The notes beneath the pieces were generated by a model that was given only the letters and a program-made list of their open reading frames with translations, was not told the origin of the DNA and did not search any database. Shown here one piece after another: positions 11,401 through 26,400 of a DNA stretch of 64,000 nt (position 1 is the first letter of the stretch; each line of letters begins with the position of its first letter). Source of the stretch: Tubiluchus corallicola (taxonomy: Eukaryota; Animalia; Priapulida). The translations under genes were made by a program, and so were the position numbers. The stretch covers positions 124,001 to 188,000 of the forward strand of contig JAQGDQ010000197.1 of NCBI GenBank assembly GCA_030141605.1, given 5' to 3'.

Positions 11401-14400
11401 TTTTTAAGTGAGTTCTGAATATAACACTAAATGGTTAAATATATAAATATTAAGACTTTTGAATTAAAAGCTTTTCCTAAACATATTATAATCTATCGTA
11501 CACAGTATCACACCTTGGATATTCTGATTTATATAGTCTTTACCTTGACCGTTGGTTCTTTACAATTTCTTTTATAGTTTTGGCACCATCTTTCCCTACT
11601 AAGGTGTATATGTCTATTTTTTTATGTACTTTTGATCAATGATTCACATTCTGAAATCACCAATAAGTCGCTATTACAGTTCAATGTTAATACCTATCAG
11701 TGAAACTCCACAGAAACCTTTTGTGTATAATCGAGATTACAATGACTAATGGGTGATCTGTATATCATGTATTGTGTACATCGATATATATATATATGTT
11801 TCAGCTTTGATATATAAACTCTGACAGCTGCTGTATACAGCTTTGATACCATATTTTTTTATTTTATCATTTGTAGCTGCCGGGTCACCGTATAACATGT
11901 ATATTGCTGCTATACATGGTTTTGTGGAAGAACTGGTAGTTAATGATGATCCAGAATATCAATGGATTGATAAGATTAGAACACCTAGGGCATCGAATGA
12001 AGCTCGACAAAGACTTTTCTCAAAACTCTCAGGTTAGTTATGCATTACTCTTAATGCACTGCAGAAGTCAAAATAGGTCTGAGCATGGTTTCTAATTACA
12101 CTGTGTTTTCACTGACACATGAACTCCAGAATTACGCAGCATACATTAAAAACGTACTATTAAAATATTTACATAAAAACATGTACAATCAATAAAGAAA
12201 TAAAAAATAAAAACTATGACTAAAAGACTGCTGTAAAATCATTTGACACATGTTTCATTAATAAGGAACCCTACATCAGATAACTCAAGTACTTTACAAT
12301 CTAGGATATCAACCAATTTTCTTCAGACAGTAACTTTACTTTTAGTAGTAACAGGAATGTTGTTGCAATATTTATTTAAAATATCAGTATGCAGTAAGGA
12401 CAAATTATGAAAATGAATTACAAATGGTAGCATGACCCATATTAGGCATTGCTCTTCATTGGAACATGATGATTTAAAACACGGTTTGCATATTTGCTGA
12501 GTTTTAATCTAATGCTTATTTCTGAAGATAAGCAATCAGAAAGAAGAGTAATAGCGTTACAATGTGTTTTAGGAGATAAACGCCATATCATTTGAAGAGC
12601 ATTTTTTCATTCAACACTGTAATTTGCTAACACAGTGACTCTGTAAGAGTGTGCCATATAAACTACAGCAATAAATACAAAATTTACAAAGTTTTTGTAA
12701 ATTTGTGCATATAATTAACGACATCTTTGGCAGCTTCACTCTCATTTCAAACTTGTATCAAATTCATTTTTAGGTGAGTTGCAACGCCGAATTGGCATCA
12801 AAGTTTTGGACATGAAAGGCAATGCTGTGATTGGATACCGACAGTGTTTCGATTTAGAGGGAGAGTCAGGGATAGTTGTGAGGGGCATTGGTACCTCTGT
12901 TACATTGATTCCTAGCAAGGGAAGTGGTGTTAGCGTTCCTCATTCGCCTAGTCCCCTTCGAGATGTGGTTAAGGAGTAAGTTGGCAATTTTTTCTCTATT
13001 TGGCTTTTACAGATTTTCTTTCTCATCTCAATCGTAAAAAAAATCTAAAATGTTGTGCTGCACAGTTTGTTAGATAAGGTATTGTGATACCTAATACTAG
13101 ATGGCACTGGTCAGTGTTGTTTTGTTTTTGATTGCACTTGGAAAGATCAACAATTATCATAACTTTTATACAAAGCTCTGCGTTGTTGCTTTAATACTTT
13201 ATGCAGCTGCAGCGGGTTCAATCTGAATGTTTTTCAGCCATAGGTGTGATTTTGTGGGTGTGGTACATCCCGTCTTATGGGGATGTCATTAGAACAGGTC
13301 TAAAACAGCACATTTTGAACGTTTCTTGCACTTGCTAGTCCTGTTTAACTTGATTGCTGCTTGTTTATGCTCTGAAATATATTTAGTTGGCAATAAATGT
13401 TTGAACTGCCTTCGACTCGTTTACTTTTAAAGATGTACTCTTTTGTATGACATTTGTCCGAGATCTGCAAGTATGCTTTTATTGTGTAAACAACCAGAAC
13501 AGCAAAATGCAATTTAATGTTAATTTATGTGGTTTACTCTGTGATTGTAATTTGGTTGGCTCTTGTCCAAATAGTTGCTTTGTTTCTGTTTTCTTATTCG
13601 CCTATATTTGCTGTTACATGCCCACCTCTCTCTGTTTCCTGCATCTCTTTGCTACTTTTGTAAGCTTTTACAGTATTTCAGTAGTTATGATCTGGGCTAG
13701 ATTATCCTATAGGCTAGTTTAGGCTGCAGTTTAGGGTCCCTAAACAAGATTGAGGGCCCTGCTAAAAAACTTTCAAGTATTGTTGACAGTCGAAAGATAG
13801 CTGTTTTTGTTAATTTAAAAAATATGCAATAAGCTTCCTTTATGCTATGTAAATCTCGCTAAAACATATCATGAGTAAAAAATATCCAAGATGGCTACAG
13901 GCGAGTTATATATATATAAAGTGGGTGGGGCATAATTTCATTAGCCTAGGGGCCCCAAAAGGTCGTAATCCAGCAGCCTTTGTTATGATAATCATTGACT
14001 GCTGGTATCCATTTCAATTTCCGGTTCTTGTGAAAAAGAGGTGTATTGTCACAGTTTATTGTTAGGTTAACAGACAATAATTGTTACTTTAAGGTTGCAA
14101 AGCTTAATACATTGTAAAACTCAAATACTTCTATGTTAATGTCAACCTAAATGTTTTAGGTCACCAGTGCCAGAAGACAGCATTCTACCTACATTATCAC
14201 CAACATTTTCTTGTACTCCGGCAACGCTTGTACCAACTTCTCCTGTTAAAACAACTCCGATGCGTCGTTCGTCGGAGTCAGATGCAGGTGAAAATGTTTT
14301 GTTATTTTTTTCCCGATTAGCATATTTTTATGCCATAACAGAATTTGTCTAGCTTTTCCTGTTCATTACTAGCATCAAGGCAATTGATTGATCAGAAAAG

Positions 14401-17400
14401 TTTTTTTAAGTAAAGTTCTTTTAATTATTAGATGCAGTGAATGGTTTTTAATGTCAGTGTTAAAGTTAAGAACATCATTTTTGAAAATACTGTAACTTAC
14501 TCTGATTTTGAATAGTTAATCTTTTGAACACAATTCAAGCAATGTTGACCCCAGTCAAACCAAATGCTACAAAAGGGGTGCTGATTAGTAGATTTAATCA
14601 ACTGTCATAGTAAAGTTCTTTATGTTGTGCTACAAGAAATTGAATTTTATGCATGTACCTGTATAAAATGTTCGATAGTGGTCCATGCACTCACTTTGTA
14701 AAAGTAGATCCAAGAATGTGCTATAGGTCTTTATTAAAATTTATGTAATACACATAGTTTGTGCACTATTTTACATATCACATCCTCAATGCTCTCCTTT
14801 ATAATTATCCTCTATGCTTAACGTGATTATGTACTGTATCCAGTCACCGTATATTTTGGATGATATGCATATGTCCTTAGTGGTGTAGTAATTTTTTTTG
14901 CATATGCCGTATCTAAACTTGAATTTGTGAACTTGTAACTGTTTTTACTTTTTCATTCTACTATAAGATCAAACTGCATTTGTTGAGTTTATAAAGTGAA
15001 ATGTAGAAAAACTAACGTAAGCTAATGTTAAAGCCAGATTTTGCTGCGTTTTACAGGTAGTTCTGGCAGCGGTGGTGGGGGAGGGACAGGTATTACCATG
15101 ACTTATCCAATAACTTCCCGACTTACAGCTACTGTCAATCAGCCAGTATTAGAAATGTTGGTAAGCAGCACTGGAGATAAGTTAATTAAAATGTCTATTA
15201 ATTAAAATCTAGGTAGGTATTTGTGAGGTGAAGAGTAACCAGACTCCTAGCTAGTAGCTACAGCATTTGATACATGATAATAAATCTGTTCTAGAAGCCA
15301 CATTACCAGTTAAGGATACAGCTTTAATTATGTACCTTAATTGAATGTGTTATATTAATGTAAGTTAACTAGCAAAAGCCCTGCAAAAAATTTTGTGTAT
15401 AAATTCTCATATAATCAAAAATATGCGAACATCCTACGTAGTCCTCATTGATAACGCAAAGCCAGCAGCAGCTTTTACTGAATTAAAGTTATAAGTTCAT
15501 GGCAGAGTATAATGGATGATGTCAGAACAATGGCTTTGCGTCAGCAGTTTTCCAAGCGAAAATCACCCGAAATGGAACCTCCAATCAACTCGTCACAGTT
15601 CCTCAGGGTGGAGACATCCTAAAATACAGCCGACACCATCGTGTAGCCCTGTTCCTCCTCTTTCTAAAGAGCCATACATCTCCTTCTGAGAGTCCCACCA
15701 GGGGCTGCTAGAAGGTTTTTTTCTGCAAGCTGTTTGGTCAAAATTTTGAAAAAAAGTCTCGAGTTGGGTCAGAGAAAACGCCTGTAGCGAGTAGCCGTGC
15801 CCTCCCACGAATTTTAAATATACCTACTACACCCAACGTTGAACAGGCTATCTATCCATATCCAGCATCACCCTTCGCCCATTCTCATTCTCCAGAAATG
15901 AGAGGTATAAGTTTTGCAAAAAATGTCCTAAAAATGGCCATTTTTGGAGGTTTTTCGCCCACTCCTTTATTTCGAAAAATAAACCCCCAATGAGACCACA
16001 CTAGATCGAGACCTTTTGTTTGATACATAGACCGCCGCAAATGGTGCCGTTATCGGAGCTGTAGCTTAGAATCTTATATATATATAAACATACTACCGAA
16101 ATTAATATATACGATTCAATAAGGTTTACACAAAAAAGAACAAGTTTTCTTTTGTAGCAGATATTCATTCTGTAGCAGATTTTGTATATCTGATGACACA
16201 TTCAGACTAGTGAGTTTTCTCTGTGACAGCAAATTCACAAGTTTGAATTGCTTGCGAATTATTGCAAACTTTCAACAGTTGCTGCGAGTTGATTTCCTGT
16301 GAGCTACTATCTAGGTGAGTTACTCTCGCAGTGAATAGAGAAGGGAGTTTCAGCTCATGCTTACTGATGGAGAGTAACTTGCAGCAAATTTTGTTTTTTA
16401 GCTTGAACACGCTTGTTACTTGGCGAGAAAACTCGCTGGTCTGGTCGTAAGAGTTATGAAAGTCCTTACTGCCATGACTCATAAACAATGTCATCCATTG
16501 TCTTCTTTTTTATATTGTTGTTTGTTTTTAATAATAGACTGGTACAGGTGATGAAGGATACTATTTATTTTTATTGTTTTTTGCTTGACAATGTTTACAA
16601 GATTTTATAAAATTTTTATCAAGGGATTACATTATTATTTACAGGAGTATCCTTTTCTTACAATGAAGTGGTTTCCAGCAGGTTTTCTAGTTCACATTGG
16701 TGGTGTAGTCACAGCCAGATCAGTGAAACTGCTTGATAAGATACACAATCCTGGTAAACAATTTATATCAGAATAACTAATAAAGTGATATGTTATGATC
16801 TTCTTTTTGGTAATGTAAAAGTATCAGTTTTTTCACGCTTTTTAGAAGAGAAACTTATATTGCAGATACCGTTACAATTACTGCATATCATAGTGAGACA
16901 GCATAACCACTTTTGCTGCCTCACTATGACGTCATTAGTGACGGAATTCTGTGACTGTATTATAATTCGAACGAGATTGTATTGTTAACCATCTCCAAAC
17001 TAATGTCTCGCATTTTTTTAAATAGGTCATATGCTGTAATGTCACTAATATATTAGGAAGCCTCTGTCATAGTGATCCCGACACCGAACCTCAATCCCGA
17101 ATAGTGATCCCAACACCGAACCTCGATCCCGAACTTTTCTTAAACCCCAACACCATTCCTGAACTTCTCGTCACGTCTTTACCCCAATCCCAACCCTGAA
17201 GTTTAAAGTTTACAATATTTGAAAAAATTATGTTTACGACAGGTTTATCGGAAAAAGAGCCTTTTAACCAAGTTATTCATAACTTAAATTTTATGACAAT
17301 GTGTTTTTTATTAGCTATAATAACAGTGCGCTGCTTGCTTGCCAAGATTCTGTTATTTTTTAAAACATCTTACAAGTAATTAAACTAAACTTATGATTAT

Positions 17401-20400
17401 TTTTTCTCAGCATATGCAGAAAAAAGTGCATTCGGCCATCTGTGAATATGACTAATTTATTCTCGTGGGTCACATGGGGTGTCACACCCACGGCGGTTGT
17501 AACTTGAAAAAAATGTTGGAACATCGTGTGAAAAATATATAGAAGAATGAGATCACCTAACGGAAACATGGCGGTTTTTATGTAATCTTTGTCTCATTGC
17601 CGCTAGTATCTGTCCTATCTAAAATCCGCTTAAACATCTAATACTTCTTAGTCACTCTTTCTACAATCATTTTAGCTGCAGCGTTCTGTAGGTTTTTATC
17701 TTATCTTATTTAAACTGCGACTGGGTGAAATGACTGCTTTGAACCGCAGCTGAGGGAATCATGTCGCAGTTGTCAAAATATTAATGTGTTAGGTAGAGAT
17801 TCGCATTGCGCTTAAACTAGAGCTAAAATTGTGGAAGTGTGAGAGCATGCAATAATTCTGTTGTTATTTTTAGCTCAGACTGCTGATAATTATATTTGAG
17901 GAAACCCCAATTTTGAACCCTGATCTTGACCTCTTTCTCCGTACCCCGAAAAATCCCGGCCCCAAACTCATTTAGCGTCGCGAATGCTTGTTCAAACACT
18001 TTAAAGTAATTTCTTACATTTGGCTTTCTGGAGTACATAGCAGAGGCCAATGCTGTTGTTTGCTGCAATTCAAAGCTACAGAGTAAGTGCAAACTGCAAA
18101 ATAATATTATTTAAATATTTGAAAGTAAACAATGTTTGAAAGTTTGAAATTTTTAGAGGAACCAGAAACAAGGGATGCATGGTGGACTGAGTTAAGAATG
18201 GAGATTCGATCACACTGCAGAGCCATGGGATGTACAGTTGTTCTCGGCTACTCAGAAGACACTAGCATATGGTAATCCATGATTGTAACTCATTAACTCT
18301 CTGAAAAATACACGTATAATTCCTGCTAATAAGTTATTAGTGGGTAAATACATATTAAAATTAGGAAGTGGGCAACTCTTGGTGGGTAGTGTAGTATCTA
18401 ACATGAAAATTTAGAAAGAGTTCTGTGCCATCCAAAATCATGGAAATTTTGGACAAGTTCAGCATAATTGTAATATGCTAATTTTTGAATTTCATTACTT
18501 CAAAAATTATACCAGAAGCCAAAAGTAAAGGCAAATCATATCACCCTGTATAGATGACTTTAGTATCGGTCTGTTTGTCTATCAGACAATGCTCAATTGC
18601 AGAAGCTTGAGATGATGCTCTACTGCAAAAGGCCTCCGCAATAAAATGTTTGTCGTTATTTTAGGTTTCTCACAATTCATGTAGCTCGTATCTTTTTTTG
18701 TATTTTTTGATTGCTTGCTGGTTGTTTCCACTGGCACTTGTTATGTTCATTACTTGTATTGACATTCTAGTCATAGCTATTGTGGCAACATGTGGAGGAT
18801 CCAGTTAAGCGTCGAACTGCGGTGAAGCATGGTCATTGCTGATAACTGCTTGCCTTATCACAGAGATCTTTACGAATTAATTTCTCATACAGTAGGTGCC
18901 GCTTAATAGACTCACTTTGGGAGCCACGTGTTTTGACCCAATTAACCGACTGAACCTGTTAGCCAATGAGTGTAGTATTACAGGTATAGAAGTATGAGTC
19001 ATCAGTTTATTATGCACTGCAAAGGTTTTTACTGAATTTTAGAAATGAAGTAATGCCTAAATTCCTTTATGCAGTTAAAAATTAGAAAAAATATTTTAAA
19101 ATATTAATTTATATATGTGAATTAGCAATAAATTAAAACGTATAGTTTTCTAAATCACAGACTTTTCTAATTCTGTTTATTTGCAAAAATTGCAAAAATT
19201 CCTTCAAAGTCGGCTGCTTTATTTTCTTGCGAAGAAGTTGGCCCACAAAGTTCTCATAATTATAAAAATGTTGAAAATCTGTTGTTGTGTGTGACTAAAA
19301 CAGTTCTGAGTCATCTGCTCACTAACATTGCTCTTATTTGCTGTATGATGTTTACTCTTGTAAGTCACAAGGAATACCAGCTGATTACTGTACCTGCATC
19401 TCTGACTGTTAACTCATTAAGCCTGAAAGTGTGATTTGTAACCAGAGCATGAAAAGGAAACCGCTAGGCAAGTGATTAAATGTTTAGCTTCCAGAAATTC
19501 TTTGGGTAACCAGGTTAATTGCAGTGGGCGAGCGGGTAACAGATTTAAAGCGAAACCACTACGCTATTGTATTAGTGCATGATAAATGTACCTGCTTATA
19601 AACAAAATGGTACTTAACATGATTGTTTCTGCATATGTAGTGCGCAAAAGGGAAGTAAAGATAATATAAAAGTAGGAAAGGCTCTTTTGGCACATACAAC
19701 TATCTTATTTTAAGTGAAGGAAAAATTTTGAGTCAATTAAGCAGAGTTATTTGGGTCAATTACCAACAATTTTTATGTATATTTGACTAGAAGTGGCCCG
19801 TGCCAGGTGTTTTTTATTCAATTAAGCAATTGAGCCTATTAACTGTGAGTCTATTAAGCAGTGCCTACTGTAATTATAATTGTTTGTCTATTATCAATAT
19901 TAGCTTTACATTTCGTTGTCAATTTATTGAACAAGTATGTTTTTATAATCATATATATACTTGCATGCTGTTATCAATTTGTTGGCAATCATGTTGGCAG
20001 ACCTTGTTTAGATCTCAAAATTTGTGGTGGGGATTAGAATAGTAATTCTTCTTGTAATAGTGCATTATTTTTTGCCAATGGTAACTTATAATAATAAAGT
20101 ATAAAGTGGATTGAATGAATTGGTTCACAACCCCATATTTCGTTAAACTGAATGAGAAACGTTTAAGTCAGGAGCTGTTTTGCAAATATATTTCTGTAAC
20201 TTTTTTGATGCATGTTTTCTAGTGAAGAAGTATGTGTGTTGTCAGCCAGTGGTACGGCGGCTGTTGTTTGCTTTCGCTTACCAGAATCTTCAGATTTACA
20301 ACAACCTCTTGTTAAGTCTCTAGATAGGAAAGAGTTTGAAAAAGAGAAAGAAAAAACCTTGAGAGTTGATGTGAACCTAGCCAATCAGCATTCAGCTGAG

Positions 20401-23400
20401 CAGGCATCATTTCAGCAAAGTCATCTTAGTGGGTACGTCAAATAATTAATAGTTTTAATTGTTAATTTCTGTGTTAACGAAGGTTAGAAATTAGTTACCC
20501 ACTGTACACTAGTAACTAATCTCTAACCGTACCAAATACATTGTTTATGAATCAGAAATGCAGTAAATCCTTGTTCAACATTTCCTCATTTAGTAACGAA
20601 TTGTTTTACTGCTGATGAAATCTGGAATGTGCTGATCCGATATAATGCTCTAATATCGGCAATAAGGAATGCCTATGTAAAAAATTTTCACTAAAATAGA
20701 TGTTCACTTTGAATGCACCTAAAGTAAACTTTGATTGAGCCTTCTGATATGAACGCCTAATGAATGCAACCGTAATATACATTTATGGTCGTTAAGCTGA
20801 GCGATTTCTTCAAAAATTCTCTTTCGTTTTCACCATGCCATTTACAATTAAGTACCGCTAGTTTTCTCACGAAGAAGTCGGCCCACACAGCTCTCGTAAT
20901 TATAAAAACATTGAGAATCTGTCGTTGTGTGTGACTAAAACAGTTGTGATTCGTCAGCTCACTTACATTGCCCTTATTTGCTGTACAATGTTTACTCTTG
21001 TAAGTCACAATATTTTTAAGTGTTGACTGGCTGTAAAATGTACAAGTTTGACTAAAGCGGGTGTTTCATACTTGTAAAATGCAAATATTTTCAACTTCAA
21101 GCTCTGTGTCTATGTGGACCCTCGTTACCAACCTAGGCTATCATGTCTTTCTTTTGCATCTGCAATTTTACATGAAACATCATCGCTAGTTTTTTTTCAC
21201 TACGAGTTGATTTTATGTGTGATTAAAAACCCAATTGCTATCGGGAGTGAAATCGTTGAGTAAATTATACGAAGCCGATCCTAACAAAGATAAACTAAAG
21301 GTATTAATAATAAAGTGGTAACTATAAACTTAAAACTCAGTATACACAATTATTATTTACAGAAAGACAAAAATGTCATAATTATCACCGTAAAAGAAGT
21401 CAATGGGTCATCTTGTTTTCAAGCTAATGTCATAATTATATTTTATTTTGACTTCCCACAATCACAACATAAACAGCAGTTATAATACTATCATATCAGC
21501 TTGGGTCTCATGTCAGATAGGCTATCGGATTCGATCGAATTGGTCAGTAGCAATAGGTAAAAATAATTGGTATCGGATCAGAACACAGGTTCTGGATGAA
21601 ATCCCTGGATGAAATTTTGCCATCCGTTTTGACACTTTAATGACGAATGTAACCCCACATTTTTCCACATCTTAGAGCCTCAGGACACACAAGCTTTATC
21701 CAGCACTGCTGCTCTAATATTATCTCTATTTCTGATTCTATGTGGGCTGCGTATACATTGCTTTGCCATTACAATGAACTGTTATTTTTATGTTTAGTAA
21801 AAAATATTATGTAGGTATGAGCAATAAAACAAATAAACCATTAAATATCACCAAATGCATTTCCATACATGTATGTTATTATGAAAGTATAACTTTATGG
21901 CATTTTCCTGGAACTTGCTACCATTCTGAACGCAGGACGCGTTCTGTAGACTAGCAATTGTTGATCTTAAATGATTTAATGTAAGATTTTAGTTTAGCGC
22001 ATTAATGCATTTCTGAGTGTTTTGTATTTTACAGCGATGATCAGCCAGCCTGTCCTGTGCAGCGGTGTAGCTTGACTCACATTCCATACTCAGAAGCTAG
22101 TCTTCCATTTCCCACTGTGCTGTCTAAATGCTGTATATGCAAGTAAGTACGTCAGATGCTCATAATCTACTCTTCAGTTTTTGGTATCATTAATAAGTAC
22201 TGCATACGCGATTATGTTTATCATTCTTAGAATCTACTCTACTGTTTTGCACAATACTGTCAAACTGCTGCAAGAATATATATATATTGTGAGTATTGTA
22301 TATATGTATATACTTACATTCATACCAAATAGATCCGGAATCTAAATAGATTGGAATGTAATTTCTCTCTCGCAGTATGGTTGAAGTGCTATATGTACAA
22401 GTATCCGGGCGGAGCTGCGCAGCGAAGCTTTAACATACAAAATTGACAAAATAATCGATGTCAATTTTTATTACAGGCACAAAAAACATTTTTAGTTAAA
22501 AACAACGCAACTTTATTAAAACTTTTACATAAAAAAGTTAAAATCGTGCCAAATGTTTCAACTAGCTGCTGTCATCATCTGTGGTAAATTTACAAACATA
22601 CAACCAGTTTATATAAGCAGAGCCTATTATACATTAATTAAGGCTTCTGCTAACTACTTACTTTAAACGCTGTCTAATTTAAACGTTTACCTTTTTTAAA
22701 GAAAAGCAAAAGTGCCGGATGTACTGCTGATGACTTTGGAACCGCCTCAAGAAATTCAAATGATAGGAAAGGGAGCTTTTATTCAAGCAAGGTAATTTTT
22801 TGTTAGCATTAGAATGTCACCAGAATTTATGCATTACTGAGTATTAAAAAATAATAAATCTTATCAACAAACTTGGAAAGTCGTATTTCGCTACTGTGCA
22901 GTTAGTTCATTGCTGTTACGTGCATTTCGCTATTTGCTAGTTAGTTGGACATTAGCACTTGCATCTCGAAACATGTTGCACAAAAAACAGACACTGTACC
23001 GCTCCGTTCAGTTGTCATCTAGCACACACCTCTGAGAGCACAGCGGCTGACTTGAAATTTTAATATTGTACAGTAGCACTGTACTTCGCTTTTGCAAACG
23101 TGTGCGTGTTAGAATATGAAGTTATCCTGTTCTCCTTTAAGATAGCTATTTGTGTACATAATAAATTTATAGTAAAATATATAATCTAAGAGTGATATTA
23201 ATATAAGACAGTGGAATTACAAGATTATTGCTAGTGAAACAGTTCATACAGTGGGGTTAATTATGATCTCGGCACCTCGCAGAGCTACAGTAAGGCCCAC
23301 AACTTTCTGGTCAAGTCCTCTCCCCTCATCCACACTGTTAATTGAATGAAATGGCTTTATAAACTTAAACATACCTTTGCCCATATTCAGAATGTACGAC

Positions 23401-26400
23401 ATGCATCTTATTATGTCATAATATCATAAAGCTATATGATTATATCAGTCAGAGTATTTTTCTTCTTTTAATTTTAATTTCTTTATTTTTTCTAGTTAAA
23501 AAAAATCTTGATTTATTTTGGTTTACAAGTGTTTACAATATTCTTTAAAAAAACAACATCTCATCTAGAACTTAATTCTGATAACAGTCATCTACTGTGT
23601 AAGCTATAAAAGAGACAAATGCAAAGTCAGCCATTATATGGCACTCAGTCAAGGTACACGTGGCTTCTTAGGTTGTATCACAGTCAGTCAATGTACACAT
23701 GGGTGTGTGTTTGCTGAGATTAAATTCTTAATGTCTGAATGCCAAACATATACGTTAGTCAGTCCACTTAGTCATGAAATGTCCACGTTCTCAGGATGAT
23801 AAATTGATCCTTTTAATAATATTGAAAATTTGTTTCCTGTATTTTCTGCCATACCAAATGACAATGATTAATTTGTCTCTGATATGAGTAGTCAATTTGT
23901 CTCTGATATGAGATAGCAAGATTATTGTAGCTTTCCTGGAATCAGCCTTTCAGATAGGAATTAGTTACTGGCTAAATAAAATCTAGATACATCTGTGTAA
24001 AGAGTTATTAATCCTACTTTATGTAACATTGTTGTGATAACTATTTTTAATACTTGTTTGAATTAGTTGATATTTGTTGTATACTGTTGTGATAACTATT
24101 TTTAATACTTGTTTGAATTAGTTGATATTTGTTGTATACTGGAACCATACAAAGGAATAATATTCCTTTGTAAGGGGATTTTGTCTCTAGTAAACGTCTC
24201 TTTCACTGTTGATTAAATCTGTCTTGTTTGTTTGTTACTAATGTAATGTAATGTAATGATGTAATAATGTAATAAACACATTATATGTGAGTTTGTAACC
24301 GCCAAAATCTCATCGTCTGAACGCAGGTAAAACATGAATATTACATGAGTTTTTTGTACAACAGTCATCAGCTGCAGTGCACTGTTTCTGAATGTTTCCG
24401 GATTATGTATTGAATAAATATTAACAATCTCAGACAAGATATTTATGTTAGAATGACGTAATCAGTTTCATACCAATGACAATTGTTAAAACAAAGTGTT
24501 TGCTCAGTGTATCTACAATGAAGCTGGATGGTATTTTTCGTGCATTCTTGCTTTACATAGAGGCCTTGCCACATGGCACCCTAGGCTAAGCTTAGTCAGC
24601 GTAATGATTAATCCGCATAGGAGAGCAAAATGTGTGAATTTTTTTTGAAACGTATCTGGGGTGTCGTCTGCAAGTATGACTGGTTCTTCTCCTTCTGAGC
24701 AGTTTTATGTTCATTTGCTTATCTTTGACTGTTTGAATCTTGTTTGAATATAATTGAATCTTAGAAGTGAACAACATCTAAAAGAAGAGAGGATCTCTTG
24801 AATCTAGAAGAAACGGAAAAGTTTCTTATGTTAATTTGTCCTCCCAATTACGTAATTTTTATCCTAATCAATTACTATAATTATGTTTAAATTTAAGATT
24901 TTTTTTCGTTTTTATGTGATTGTGGGCGTATGTTTTTAATTCACTTATTTTTAATTTTGCATTTAAACTCCAGCTGATGTAATCGCCTTTAGCAGTGGAT
25001 ATTTTATTGGATATTGACATTATGAATGCAGCACCTCAACTGCTGCTGATGCTATTGTTATTGTTGTTGCTGCTGTTGTTAGTACTCACTTTTCTGCTGC
25101 TTTTTATACTTTTCTGGATGCAGAACAAATGCTTAGAAATTCCAGTTTTCCCTTGGGTTTCTTATCTGTGGAATTCTCTATCAGAAATTCTACTTCCTGA
25201 AAACTACATCCCCACGTGATTCAAGAAAACCATCAACGGATACATAAGAAAAAGGTTGCATGAATCATATATTTCTCTAGGTGTGTTCATATTTTTATTT
25301 TTCTCTGCACATTTTCATTTTTCTTTATACATAGCATCCTCCCTAAGTTACCTTGATTTGCCCTGACATTTTCGGGCAATTTGTATTTAGAAAAGGTAAG
25401 AAAGAAAATGTATCTACTGATTTATAACCTAGTTCGGTCGTAAAGCTTGTACACGAGGGTAGTTTAAACATGGTTACATTCTCACTCTGACTCAACACGT
25501 AAATACATCGTGGACAGTTTGAATATTTTTTGTCCTTGCTCTAAACGCACTTTTTACTGTGATGCAACCATACTACTTTTGTTTCGCGTCGGGTCTGCTC
25601 GAACAGCCAGCACGAGGTTGTGAGTCAGCATTTTTAATTAGTTAGGTCAGTCAGGTTATCAATGCAGTGGAATTCGCTGCTTGGTATGTGTAGTCAGCTA
25701 CTGTTCAGGCACGTGGGGCTGTTATCTTCTCCCGTGCTTGTTCTTTGTGGAGAGAGCTTTGTTATCAATGAATGTAGTTTTCGGTTTGATGACGGCACAG
25801 ATATTTTGGTTGTAGAAATAGCCGATTGTTCTGTAGTTTTTGTGGGAATCGTTAATTTCGAAAAGTTGCGTTATTATAAGCTTTTTCTAGTAAAAAGTAT
25901 GCCCCGGGTGAGGATCGAACTCACGACCTTCAGATTATGAGACTGACGCGCTGCCTACTGCGCTACCGAGGCAGGCCCTGTTTAGATATTGGATTTTGGC
26001 CTTCAAGAATGCTCTACGTGGCTACGTCAGCCATGCTGCTCCCGTCAGCGTTTGTCGAAGCGATGCATCTGCACTGCAGTGCACAGAGTCCAGAGTTCAT
26101 TATAACTTATGCATGCTCTCAGTACGCGTGCCTGCCTATAAATAAACTGCAGGCTTTTAAATTTACTACAACTGTATATAAATTACATGTGTGAGTAAAG
26201 AAAATGTGTTCAAGTCATAAATATATGTTTCTGTAGAAAAAAACCTGAAAAATAATTTAATTTCTCCTAAAATTGTTTGTATTACTGATAACTCTTTTCT
26301 CCTGCACTTATGTTATTCAACAATAAAATATAATAGAAAAGTTGCAGCAGAACCCACTATTTCTATAATTATACACATGGGCGCCGCCAGAGACTAAAAA

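Noticed and set aside
24995-25219. Poly-Leu membrane-like ORF
   Set aside because: Produced by a trinucleotide repeat joined to a probable LINE 3' remnant (LWNSL).
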